Below, piece by piece: positions 45,601 through 57,600 of a stretch of DNA of 64,000 nt. The stretch is from contig NW_027362768.1 of the NCBI RefSeq assembly GCF_046119375.1, forward strand, positions 164,548,001 to 164,612,000. Direction: 5' to 3'. The position numbers were made by a program, and so were the translations under genes. The stretch's first letter is position 1; each line of letters starts with the position of its first letter. Below the pieces are notes generated by a model that was given only the letters and a program-made list of their open reading frames with translations, was not told the DNA's origin and did not search any database. The stretch is from Phyllobates terribilis (taxonomy: Eukaryota).

Positions 45601-48600
45601 ACGGAGGCGCAGAGGGGGTGGATGGAGGAGCAGCGGGGGTGGTCTCTGCGGGGGTGGACAGAGGCGCTGCGGGGGTCGTCTTGGCGGGGGTGGACGGAGG
45701 AGCAGAGGAGGTGGTCTCTGCGGGGGTGGAGAGAGGCTCAGTGGGGGTGGTCTCTGCGGGGGTGGACTGAGGCACAGAGGGGGTGGTCTCTGCGGGGATG
45801 GATGGAGGCGCAGCTGGGGTGGTCTCTGTGGGGGTGGATGGAGGCAGAGCGGGGGTCGTTCCTGCGGGGGTGGACGGAGGCGCAGCGGGGGTGGACGGAG
45901 GCGCAGTGGGGGTGGAAGTAGGCGCATCGGGGGTGGTCTGTGCGGGGGTGGATGGAGGCGCCGTGGGGGTGGTCAGTGCGGGGGTGGACGGAGGTGCAGC
46001 GGGGGTGGAATCTGTGGGGGTGGACAGAGGTGCAGCGGGGGTGGACTCTGCGGGGGTGAACAGAGGCGCAACGGGGGTGTACTCTGCTGGGGTGGACGGA
46101 GGCGCAGCGGGGGTGGAGGGAGGCGCCGCGGGGGTGGTCTCTGCAGGAGTGGACGGAGGTGCAGCGGGCGTGGTCTCTGCAGGGGTGGACGGAGGCGCTA
46201 CCGGGGTGGTCTCTGCGGGGGTGGACGGAGGCGCAGCGGGGCTGGTCTCTGCGGGCGTGGATGGAGGCGCAGCGGGGGTGGTCTCTGCGGGGGTGGACAG
46301 AGGCGCAGCGAGGGTGGTCTCTGCGGGGGTGGACGGAGGCACAGCGGGGGTTGTCTCTGCGGGGGTGGATGGAGGTGCAGCAGGGGTGGTCTCTGCGGAG
46401 GTGGACGGAGGCGCAGCAGGGGTGGTCTCTGCGGGGGTGGACAGAGGCTCAGCGGGGGTGGTCTCTACGGGGGTGGATGGTGGCGCAGCGGCTGTGGTCT
46501 CTGCGGGGGTGGACGGAGGCGCCGCGGGGGTGGTCACTGCGGAGGTGGACAGAGGTGCAGCGAGGGTGGTCTCTGCGGGGGTGAACGGAGGCACAGCGGG
46601 GGTGGTCTCTGCGGGGGTGGACGGAGGCGCAGAGGGGGTGGATGGAGGAGCAGTGGGGGTGGTCTCTACGGGGGTGGACGGAGCAGCCGCGGGGGTTGTC
46701 TCTGCGGGGGTGGATGGAGGCGCAGCAGGAGTGGTCTCTGTGGGGGTGGACGGAGGAGCAGCGGGGGTGGTCTCTGCGGGGGTGGAAAGAGGCGCTGCGG
46801 GGGTGGTCTCGGCGGGGGTGGACGGAGGAGCAGAGGAGGTGGTCTCTGCGGGGGTGGAGAGAGGCTCAGTGGGGGTGGTCTCTCCGGGGGTGGACTGAGG
46901 TACAGCGGGGGTGGTCTCAGCGGGGGTGGACGGAGGTGCAGCGGGGGTGGTCTCTGCGGGGGTGAACAGAGGTGCCGCGGGGGTGGTCTCTGCGGGTGTG
47001 GACGGAGGCGCAGCAGGAGTGGCCTCTGCGGGGGTGGACAGAGGCGCAGCCGTGGTGGACTCTGCGGGAGTGGACGGAGGCACAGCGGAGATGGACGGAG
47101 GGGTAGCGGGGGTGGATGGAGGTGCTGCGGGGGTGGTCTCTGTGGGGTTGGATGGAGGTGCAGCGGGGGTGGTCTCTGCGAGGGTGGACGGAGGCGCCGC
47201 GGGGGTGGTCTTTGTGGGGGTGGACGGAGGCGCAGCGGGGGTGGTCTCTTCAGGGGTGGACGGAGGCGCTGCGGGGGTTGTCTCTGCGGGGGTGGACGGA
47301 GGCGCAGTGGAGGTGGTCTCTCCGGGGGTGGACGGAGGCGCAGCGGGGGTGGTCTCTGCGGGGGTGGACGGAGGCGCAGCGGGGGTGGTCTCTGCGGGGG
47401 TGGACGGAGGAGCAGCGGGGGTGGTCTCTGCGGGAGTGGACGGAGGCGCAGCGGGGGTGGTCTCTGCGGTGGTGGACTCTGCGGGGGTGGACGGAGGCGC
47501 AGCGGGGTTGGTCTCTGCAGGGGTGGATGGAGGCGCAGCGGAGGTGGTCTCTTCGCGGGTGGATGGAGGCGCAGCGGAGGTGGTCTCTTCGAGGGTGGAA
47601 AGAGGCGCTGCGGGGGTGGTCTCTGCGGTGGTGGATGAAAGCGCATCAGGAGTGGTCTCTGCGGGGGTGGACGGAGGCACAGCGGAGGTGGTCTCTGTAG
47701 GGGTGGACAGAGGCGCCGCGGGGGTGGTCTCTGCGGGGGTGGACGGAGGCGCATTGGGGGTGGTCTCTGCGGGGGTGATATCTGCGGGGGTGGACGGAGG
47801 CACGGCTGGGGTGGTCACTGTGGGGGTGGACGGAGGCACAGCGGGGGTGGTCTCTGCGGGGGTGGACGGAGGCGCAGCGGGAGTGGTCTCTGTGGGGGTG
47901 GAGAGAGGCGTAGCCGGGGTGGACGGAGGAGCAGCGGGTGTGGTCTCTGCGGGGGTGGACGGAGGAGGAGCGGGGGTGGTCTCTGCGGGGGTGGTCTCTG
48001 TGGGGGTGGACGGAGGCGCTGCTGGGGTGGACGGAGGTGCTGCGTGGGTGGTCTCTGCGGCGGTGGACGGAGGCGCAGCGGGGGTGGTCTCTGCGGGGGT
48101 GGATGGAGGCGCAGCGGGGGTGGTCTGTGCGGGGGTGGACAGAGGCGCAGCGGGGGTTGTTTCTGCGGGGGTGGATGGAGGCGCTGCGGGGGTGGTCTCT
48201 GCGGGGGTGGACTGAGGTGCTGCGGGGGTGGATGGAGGTGCAGCTGGGGTGGACGGAGGTGCCGCGGGGGTGGTCTCTGCGGAGGTGGACGGAGGCGCAG
48301 CGGGGGTGGTCTCTGCGGGGGTGGATGGAGGCACGGCCGGGGTGGTCACTGTGGGGGTGGACGGAGGCGCAGCGGGTGTGGCCTCTGTGGCGGTGGACGG
48401 AGGCACAGCGGGGGTGGTCTCTGCAGGGGTGGCCTTTGCGGGGGTGGCCGGAGGCGCAGCCGGGGTGGTCTCTGCGGGGGTGGATGGAGGAAGAGAGGGG
48501 GTGGCCTCTTCGAGGGTGGAAAGAGCCGCAGCGGGGGTGGTCTCTGCGGGGGTGGACGGAGGCGCAGTGCGGGAGGTCTCTGTGAGGGTGGACGGAGGCG

Positions 48601-51600
48601 CAGCGGGAGTGGTCTGTGCTGGGGTGGTCTCTGCGGGGGTGGATGGAGGCGCCACGGGGGTGGTTTCTTCGGGGGTGGAAAGAGGCACTGCGGGGGTTGT
48701 CTCTGCGGTTGTGGACGAAGGCGCATCGGGAGTGGTCTCTGCGGGGGTGGACGGAGGCGCAGCGGAGGTGGTCTCTGTGGGGGTGGACGGAGGCGCATCG
48801 GAGTTGGACGGAGGGGTAGCGGGGGTGGATGGAGGTGCTGCGGGGGTGGTCTCTGTGGGGTTGGATGGAGGTGCAGCGGGGGTGGTCTCTGCGGGGGTCG
48901 ACGGAGGCGCCGCGGGGGTGGTCATTGCGAGGGTGGACGGAGGCGCAGCGGGGGTGGTCTCTTCAGGGGTGGACGGAGGCGCTGCGGGGGTTGTCTCTGC
49001 GGGGGTGGACGGAGGCGCAGCGGAGGTGGTCTCTTCGGGGGTGGACGAAGGCGCAGCGGGGGTGGTCTCTGCGGGGTTGGACGGAGGCGCAGCGGAGGTG
49101 GTCTCTGTGGGGGTGGACGGAGGCGCAGCGGGGGTGGTCTTTGCGGGGATGGTCTCTGCGGGGGTGGACGGAGGCGCAGTGGGGGTGGTCTCTGCGGGGG
49201 TGATCTCTGCGGGGGTGGACGGAGGCGCAGCGGGGGTGGTCTCTGCGGGGGTTGACAGAGGCGCAGCCGGCGTGGACGGAGGCGCAGCGGGTGTGGTCTC
49301 TGTGGCGTTGGATGGAGGCGCTGCGGGGGTGGTCTCTGCGGGGGTGGTCTCTGCGGGGGTGGATGGAGGCGCAGCGGGGGTGGTCCCTGCGGGGGTGGAC
49401 GGAGGCGCTGAGGGGGTGGACGGAGTCGCAGTGGGGGTGGACTCTGCGGAGGTGGATGGAGGCGCAGAGGAAGTGGACTCTGCAGGGGTGGATGGAGGTG
49501 CTGCGGAGGTGGTCTCTGCGGGGGTGGACAGAGGATCAGCCGGGGTGGACGGAGGCGCAGCGGGGGTGGTCTCTGTGGAGGTGGATGGAGGCGCAGTGGA
49601 GGTGGTCTCTGCGGGTGTGGACGGAGGCGCAGCGGGGGTGGTCACTGCGGGGGTGGACGGAGGCGCAGCGAGGGTGGTCTGTGCGAGGGTAGACAGAGGC
49701 GCAGCGGGGGTTGTCTCTGCGGGGATGGACGGAGGCACAGCAGGGGTGGTCTCTGCGGGGGTGGACGGAGGCACAGCCGGGGTGGTCTCTGCGGGGGTGG
49801 ACGGAGGCGCAGCGGGGGTGGACTCTGCGGTGGTGGACGGAGGCGCAGCAGTGGAGGACTCTGCGGGGGTGGACGGAGGCGCATCGGAGTTGGACGGAGG
49901 GGTAGCGGGGGTGGATGGAGGTGCTGCGGGGGTGGTCTCTGTGGGGTTGGATGGAGGTGCAGCGGGGGTGGTCTCTGCGGGGGTCGACGGAGGCGCCGCG
50001 GGGGTGGTCATTGCGAGGGTGGACGGAGGCGCAGCGGGGGTGGTCTCTTCAGGGGTGGACGGAGGCGCTGCGGGGGTTGTCTCTGCGGGGGTGGACGGAG
50101 GCGCAGCGGAGGTGGTCTCTGCGGGGGTGGACGAAGGCGCAGCGGGGGTGGTCTCTGCGGGGTTGGACGGAGGCGCAGCGGGGGTGGTCTCTGTGGTGGT
50201 GGACTCTGCTGGGGTGGACGGAGGTGCAGTGGGGGTGGTCTCTGCGGGGGTGGATGGAGGCGCAGCGGAGGTGGTCTCTTCGAGGGTGGAAAGAGGCGCT
50301 GCGGGGATGGTCTCTGCGGTGGTGGACGAAGGCGCATCGGGAGTGGTCTCTGCGGGGGTGGACGGAGGCGCAGCAGAGGTGGTCTCTGTGGGGGTGGACC
50401 GAGGCGCAGCGGGGGTGGTCTTTGCGGGGGTGGTCTCTGCGGGGGTGGACGGAGGCGCAGTGGGGGTGGTCTCTGCGGGGGTGATCTCTGCGGGGGTGGA
50501 CGGAGGCACGGCCGGGGTGGTCACTGTGGGGGTGGACGGAGGCGCAGCGGGGGTGGTCTCTGCGGGTGTGGATGGAGGCACAGCGGTGGTGGTCTCTGCG
50601 GGGGTGGACAGAGGCGCAGCCGGCGTGGACGGAGGCGCAGCGGGTGTGGTCTCTGTGGCGGTGGATGGAGGCGCAGCGGGGGTGGTCTCTGCGGGGGTGG
50701 TCTCTGCGGGGGTGGCCGGAGGCGCAGCGGGGGTGGTCTCTGCGGGGGTGGACGGAGGCGCAGTGCGGGTGGTCTCTGTGAGGGTAGAAGGAGGCGCAGC
50801 GGGGGTGGTCTCTGCTGGGGTGGTCTCTGCGGGGGTGGATGGAGGCACCACGGGGGTGGTTTCTTCGGGGGTGGAAAGAGGCGCTGCGGGGGTGGTCTCT
50901 GCGGTTGTGGACGAAGGCGCATCGGCAGTGGTCTCTGCGGGGGTGGACGGAGGCGCAGCGGAGGTGGTCTCTGTGGGGGTGGACGGAGGCGCAGCGGGGG
51001 TGGTCTCTGCGGGGGTGGATGGAGGCGCCACGGGGGTGGTTTCTTCGGGGGTGGAAAGAGGTGCTGCGGGGGTGGTCTCTGCGGTTGTGGACGAAGGCGC
51101 ATCGGCAGTGGTCTCTGCGGGGGTAGACGGAGGCGCAGCGGAGGTGGTCTCTGTGGGGGTGGACGGAGGCGCAGCGGGGGTGGTCTTTGCGGGAGTGGTC
51201 TCTGTGGGGGTGGACGGAGGCGCAGTGGGGGTGGTCTCTGCGGGGGTGATCTCTGCGGGGGTGGACGGAGGTGCAGCGGGGGTGGTCTCTGCGGCGGTAG
51301 ACAGAGGCGCAGCCGGCGTGGACGGAGGCGCAGCGGGTGTGGTCTCTGTGGGGGTGGCCGGAGGCGCAGCCGGGGTAGTCTCTGCGGGGGTGGATGGAGG
51401 CGCAGCGGGGGTGGTCCCTGCGGGGGTTGACGGAGGCGCTGAGGGGGTGGACGGAGTCGTAGTGGGGGTGGACTCTGCGGAGGTGGATGGAGGCGCAGAG
51501 GAAGTGGACTCTGCAGGGGTGGACGGAGGTGCTGCGGAGGTGGTCTCTGCGGGGGTGGACAGAGGATCAGCCGGGGTGGAGGGAGGCGCAGCGGGGGTGG

Positions 51601-54600
51601 TCTCTGTGGAGGTGGATGGAGGCGCAGCGAGGGTGGTCTGTGCGGGGGTAGACAGAGGCGCAGCGGGGGTCGTCACTGCGGGGGTGGACGGAGGCGCAGC
51701 GAGGGTGGTCTGTGCGGGGGTAGACAGAGGCGCAGCGGGGGTTGTTCCTGCAGGGTTGGACGGAGGCACAGCAGGGGTGGTCTCTGCGGGGGTGGACGGA
51801 GGCGCAGCGTGGGTGGTCTCTGTGGGGGTGGTCTCAGCGGGGGTGGACGGAGGCACAGCCAGGGTGGTCTCTGCGGGGGTGGACGGAGGCGCAGTGGGGG
51901 TCGACTCTGCAGGGGTGGACGGAGGCGCAGCAGTGGTGGACTCTGCGGGGGTGGACGGAGGCGCAGCGGAGTTGGACGGAGGGGTAGCGGGGGTGGATGG
52001 AGGTGCTGCGGGGGTGGTCTCTGTGGGGGTGGACGGAGGCGCCGCGGGGGTGGTCACTTCAGGGGTGGACGGAGGCGCTGCGGGGGTTGTCTCTGCGGGG
52101 GTGGACGGAGGCGCAGCGGAGGTGGTCTCTGAGGGGGTGGACGGAGGCGCAGCGGGGGTGGTCTCTGTGGGGGTGGACAGAGGCGCAGTGGGGGTGGTCT
52201 CTGCGGGGGTGGATGGAGGCGCAGCGGAGGTGGTCTCTTCGAGGGTGGAAAGAGGCGCTGCGGGGGTGGTCTCTGCGGTGGTGGACGAAGGCGCATCGGG
52301 AGTGGTCTCTGCGGGGGTGGACGGGGGCGCAGCGGAGGTGGTCTCTGTGGGGGTGGACCGAGGCGCAGCGGGGGTTGTCTTTGCGGGGGTGGTCTCTGCG
52401 GGGGTGGACGGAGGCGCAGTGGGGGTGGTCTCTGCGGGGGTGATCTCTGCGGGGGTGGATGGAGGCACGGCCGGGGTGGTCACTGTGGGGGTGGACGGAG
52501 GCGCAGTGGGGGTGGTCTCTGCGGGTGTGGATGGAGGCGCAGCGGGGGTGGTCTCTGCGGGGGTGGACAGAGGCGCAGTCAGCGTGGACGGAGGCGCAGC
52601 GGGTGTGGTCTCTGTGGCGGTGGATGGAGGCGCAGCGGGGGTGGTCTCTGCGGGGGTGGTTTCTGCGGGGGTGGCCGGAGGCGCAGCCGGGGTGGTCTCT
52701 GCGGGGGTGGACGGAGGAAGAGAGGAGGTGGCCTCTTCGAGGGTGGAAAGAGGCCCCGCGGGGGTGGTCTCTGCGGAGTTGGACGGAGGCTCAGTGGGGG
52801 TGGTGTCTGCGAGGGTGGATGGAGGCACAGCGGGGGTGGTCTCTGCAGGGGTGGTCTCTGCGGGGGTGGATGGAGGCGCAGCGGAGGTGGTCTCTTCGAG
52901 GGTGGAAAGAGGCGCTGCGGGGGTGGTCTCTGCCGTGGTGGACGAAGGCGCATCGGGAGTGGTCTCTGCGGGGGTGGACGGAGGCGCAGCAGAGGTGGTC
53001 TCTGTGGGGGTGGACAGAGGCGCAGCCGGCGTGAACGGAGGCGCAGCGGGTGTGGTGTCTGTGGCGGTGGACTGAGGCGCAGCGGGGGTGGTCTCTGCGG
53101 GGGTGGATAGAGGCGCCACGGGGGTGGTTTCTTCGGGGGTGGAAAGAGGCGCTGCGGGGGTGGTCTCTGCGGCTGTGGACGAAGGCGCATCAGGAGTGGT
53201 CTCTGCGGGAGTGGACGGAGGCGCAGAGGAGGTGGTCTCTGTGGGGGTGGACGGAGGCGTAGCGGGGGTGGTCTTTGCGGGGGTGGTCTCTGCGGGGGTG
53301 GACGGAGGTGCAGTGGGGGTGGTCTCTGCGGGGGTGATCTCTTCGGGGGTGTACGGAGGCGCAGCGGGGGTGGTCTCTGCGAGGGTGGACAGAGGCGCAG
53401 CCGGAGTGGACGGAGGTGCAGCGGGTGTGGTCTCTGTGGCGGTGGATGGAGGCACAGCGGGGGTGGTCTCTGCGGGGGTGGTCTCTGTGGGGGTGGCCGG
53501 AGGCGCAGCCGGGGTGGTCTCTGCGGGGGTGGACAGAGGAAGAGAGGGAGTGGCCTCTTCGAGGGTGGAAAAAGGCGCAGCGGGGGTGGTATCTGCGGGA
53601 GTGGACGGAGGTGCAGTGGGGGTGGTCTCTGTGAGGGTGGATGGAGGCACAGCGGGCGTGGTCTCTGCTGGGGTGGTCTCTGCGGGGGTGGATGGAGGCG
53701 CCGCGGGGGTGGTTTCTTCGGGGGTGGAAAGAGGCGCTGCGGGGGTGGTCTCTGCGGTGGTGGACGAAGGTGCATCAGGAGTGGTCTCTGTGGGGGTGGA
53801 CGGAGGCGCAGTGGGGGTGGTCTCTGTGGGGGTGGACGGAGGCGTAGCGGGGGTGGTCTTTGCGGGGGTGGTCTCTGCGGGGGTGGACGGTAGCACAGTG
53901 GGGGTGGTCTCTGCGGGGGTGGACAGAGGTTCAGCGGGGGTGGTCTCTGCAGGGGTGGTTTCTGCGGGGGTGGACGGAGGCGCAGCCGGGGTGGTCCCTG
54001 CGGGGGTGGACGGAGGCGCAGTGGGGGTGGTCTCTGCGGGGGTGGACAGAGGTGCAGCGGGGCTGGTCTCTGCGGCGGTGGTTTCTGCAGGGGTGGACGG
54101 AGGCGCAGCCGGGGTGGTCTCTGCGGGTGTGGAAGGAGGCGCAGCGGTGGTGGACTCTGCGGGGGTGGACGGAAGCGCAGCGGGGGTGGTCTCTGCGGGG
54201 GTGGATGGAGGCGCAGCGGAGGTGGTCTCTTCGAGGGTGGAAAGAGGCGCTGCGGGGGTGGTCTCTGAGGTGGTGGATGAAGGCGCATCGGGAGTGGTCT
54301 CTGCGGGGGTGGATGGAGGCGCAGCGGAGGTGACCTCTGTGGGGGTGGACGAAGGCGCCGCGGCGGTGGTCTTTGCGGGGGTGCTCTCTGCGGGGGTGGA
54401 CGGAGGCGCAGTGGGTGTGGTCTCTGTGGCGGTGGACGGAGGTGCAGCGGGGGTGGTCTCTGCGGGGGTGGACAGAGGCGCAGCAGGGGTGGACAGAGGC
54501 GCAGCGGGTGTGGTCTCTGTGGCAGTGGACGGAGGCGCAGCGGGGGTGGTCTCTGTGGGGGTGGCCGTAGGCGCTGCCGGGGTGGTCTCTGTGGGGGTGG

Positions 54601-57600
54601 ACGGAGGAAGAGAGGGGGTGGCCTCTTCGAGGGTGGAAAGAGGTGCCACAGGGGTGGTCTCTGCGGGGGTGGACAGAAGCGCAGCAGGGGTGGACGGAGG
54701 CGCAGCGGGTGTGGTCTCTGTGGCAGTGGACGGAGGCGCAGCGGGGGTGGTCTCTGTGGGGGTGGCCGTAGGCGCTGCCGGGGTGGTCTCTGTGGGGGTG
54801 GACGGAGGAAGAGAGGGGGTGGCCTCTTCGAGGGTGGACAGAGGTGCCACAGGGGTGGTCTCTGTGGGGGTGGACGGAGGCGCAGCGGAGGTGATCTCTG
54901 CGGGTGTGGACGAAGGGGCACCGGGGGTGGTCTCTGCGGGTGTGGACGGAGGCGCAGCGGGGGTGGTCTCTGCAGGGGTGGACAGAGGCACAGCCGGCGT
55001 GGACGGAGGCGTAGCGGGTGTGGTCTCTGTGGCAGTGGACGGAGGCGCAGCGGGGGTGGTCTCTGTGAGGGTGGACGGAGGCGCCGCGGGGGTGGTCTCT
55101 GCTGGGGTGGTCCCTGCGGGGGTGGCCGGAGGCGCAGCCGGGGTGGTCTCTGCGGGGGTGGACAGAGGAAGAGAGGGGGTGGCCTCTTCGAGGGTGGAAA
55201 AAGGCGCAGCGGCGGTGGTCTCTGCGGGGGTGGACGGAGGCGCAGTGGGGGTGGTCTCTGTTAGGGTGGACGGAGGCGCAGCGGGGGTGGTCTCTGCTGG
55301 GGTGGTCTCTGCGGGGGTGGATGGAGGCGCCACGGGGGTGGTTTCTTCGGGGGTGGAAAGAGGCGCTGAGGGGGTGGTCTCTGCGGTGGTGGACGAAGGA
55401 GCATCGGGAGTGGTCTCTGCGGGGGTGGACGGAGGCGCAGCGGAGGTGGTCTCTGTGGGGGTGGACGGAGGCGCAGTGGGGGTGGTCTTTGCGGGGGTGG
55501 TCTCTGCGGGGGTGGACGGAGGCGCAGTGGGGATGGTCTCTGCGGGGGTGGACGGAGGCGCAGCGGGGGTGGTCTCTGCGGGGGTGGACAGAGGCGCAGC
55601 CGGCGTGGACGGAGGCGCAGTGGGGGTGGTCTCTGCGGGGGTGGTCTCTGCGGGGGTGGCCGGAGGCGCAGCCGGGGTGATCTCTGCGGGGGTGGATGGA
55701 GGAAGAGAGGGGGTGGCCTCTTCGAGGGTGGAAAGAGGCGCAGCGGGGGTGGTCTCTACGGGGGTGGTCTCTGCGGGGGTGGCCGGAGGCGCAGCCGGGG
55801 TGGTCTCTGCGGGGGTGGACTGAGGAAGAGAGCGGGTGGCCTCTTCGAGGGTGGAAAGAGGCGCAGTGGGGGTGGTCTCTGCGGGGGTGGACGGAGGCGC
55901 AGTGGGGGTGGTCTCTGCGAGGGTGGACGGAGGCACAGCGGGGGTGGTCTCTGCTGGGGTGGTCTCTGCGGGGGTGGATGGAGGCACCGCGGGGGTGATT
56001 TCTTCGAGGTTGGAAAGAGGCGCTGCGGGGGTGGTCTCTGCGGTGGTGGACGAAGGCGCATCGGGAGCGGTCTCTGCGGGGGTGGACGGAGGCGCAGCGG
56101 GGGTGGTCTCTGTGGGGGTGGACGGTGGCGCAGTGGGGGTGGTCTCTGCGGGGGTGGACAGAGGTGTAGCGGGGGTGGTCTCTGCGGGGGTGGTTTCTGC
56201 GGGGGTGGAAGGAGGCGAAACCGGGGTGGTCTCTGCGGGGGTGGACGGAGGCGCAGCGGTGGTGGACTCTGCGGGGGTGGACGGAGGCGCAGCGGGGGTG
56301 GTCTTTGCGGGGGTGGTCTCTGCGGGGGTGGACGGAGGCGCAGTGGGAGTGGTCTCTGCGGGGGTGGACGGAGGCGCAGCGGGGGTGGTCTCTGCAGGGG
56401 TGGACAGAGGCACAGCCCGCGTGGACGGAGGCGCAGCGGGTGTGGTCTCTGTGGCAGTGGACGGAGGCGCAGTGGGGGTGGTCTCTGTGGGGGTGGCCGT
56501 AGGCGCTGCCGGGGTGGTCTCTGTGGGGGTGGACGGAGGAAGAGAGGGGGTGGCCTCTTCGAGGGTGGAAAGAGGTGCCACAGGGGTGGTCTCTGTGGGG
56601 GTGGACGGAGGCGCAGCGGGGGTGATCTCTGCGGGTGTGGACGAAGGCGCACCGGGGGTGGTCTCTGCGGGTGTGGACGGAGGCGCAGCGGGGGTGGTCT
56701 CTGCGGGGGTGGACAGAGGCACAGCCGGCGTGGACGGAGGCGTAGCGGGTGTGGTCTCTGTGGCAGTGGACGGAGGCGCAGCGGGGGTGGTCTCTGTGAG
56801 GGTGGACAGAGGCGCATCGGGAGTGGTCTCTGCGGGGGTGGACGGAGGAGCAGCGGAGGTGGTCTCTGTGGGGGTGGACGAAGGCGCAGTGGGGGTGGTC
56901 TTTGTGGGGGTGGTCTCTGCGGGGGTGGACGGAGGCGCAGTGGGGGTGGTCTCTGCGGGGGTGATCTCTGCGGGGGTGGACGGAGGCGCAGCGGGGGTGG
57001 TCTCTGCGGGGGTGGACAGAGGCGCAGCCGGCGTGGACGGAGGCGCAGCGGGGGTGGTCTCTGCGGGGGTGGTGTCTGCGGGGGTGGCCGGAGGCGCAGC
57101 CGGGGTGGTCTCTGCGGGGGTGGATGGAGGAAGAGAGGGGGTGGCCTCTTCGAGGGTGGAAACAGGCGCAGCGGGGGTGGTCTCTGTGGGGGTGGACGGA
57201 GGCGCAGTGGGGGTGGTCTCTGTGAGGGTGGACGGAGGCGCAGTGGGGGTGGTCTCTGCTGTGGTGGTCTCTGCGGGGGTGGATGGAGGCGCCGCGGGGG
57301 TGGTTTCTTTGGGGGTGGAAAGAGGCGCTGAGGGGGTGGTCTCTGCGGTGGTGGACGAAGGTGCATCGGGAGTGGTCTCTGTGGGGGTGGACGGAGGCGC
57401 AGTGGGGGTGGTCTCTGTGGGGGTGGACGGAGGCGCAGCGGGGGTGGCCTTTGCGGGGGTGGTCTCTGCAGGGGTGGACGGTGGCGCAGTGGGGGTGGTC
57501 TCTGCAGGGGTGGACAGAGGTTCAGCGGGGGTGGTCTCTGCGCGGGTGGTTTCTGCGGGGGTGGACGGAGGCGCAGCCGGGGTGGTCTCTGCGGGGGTGG

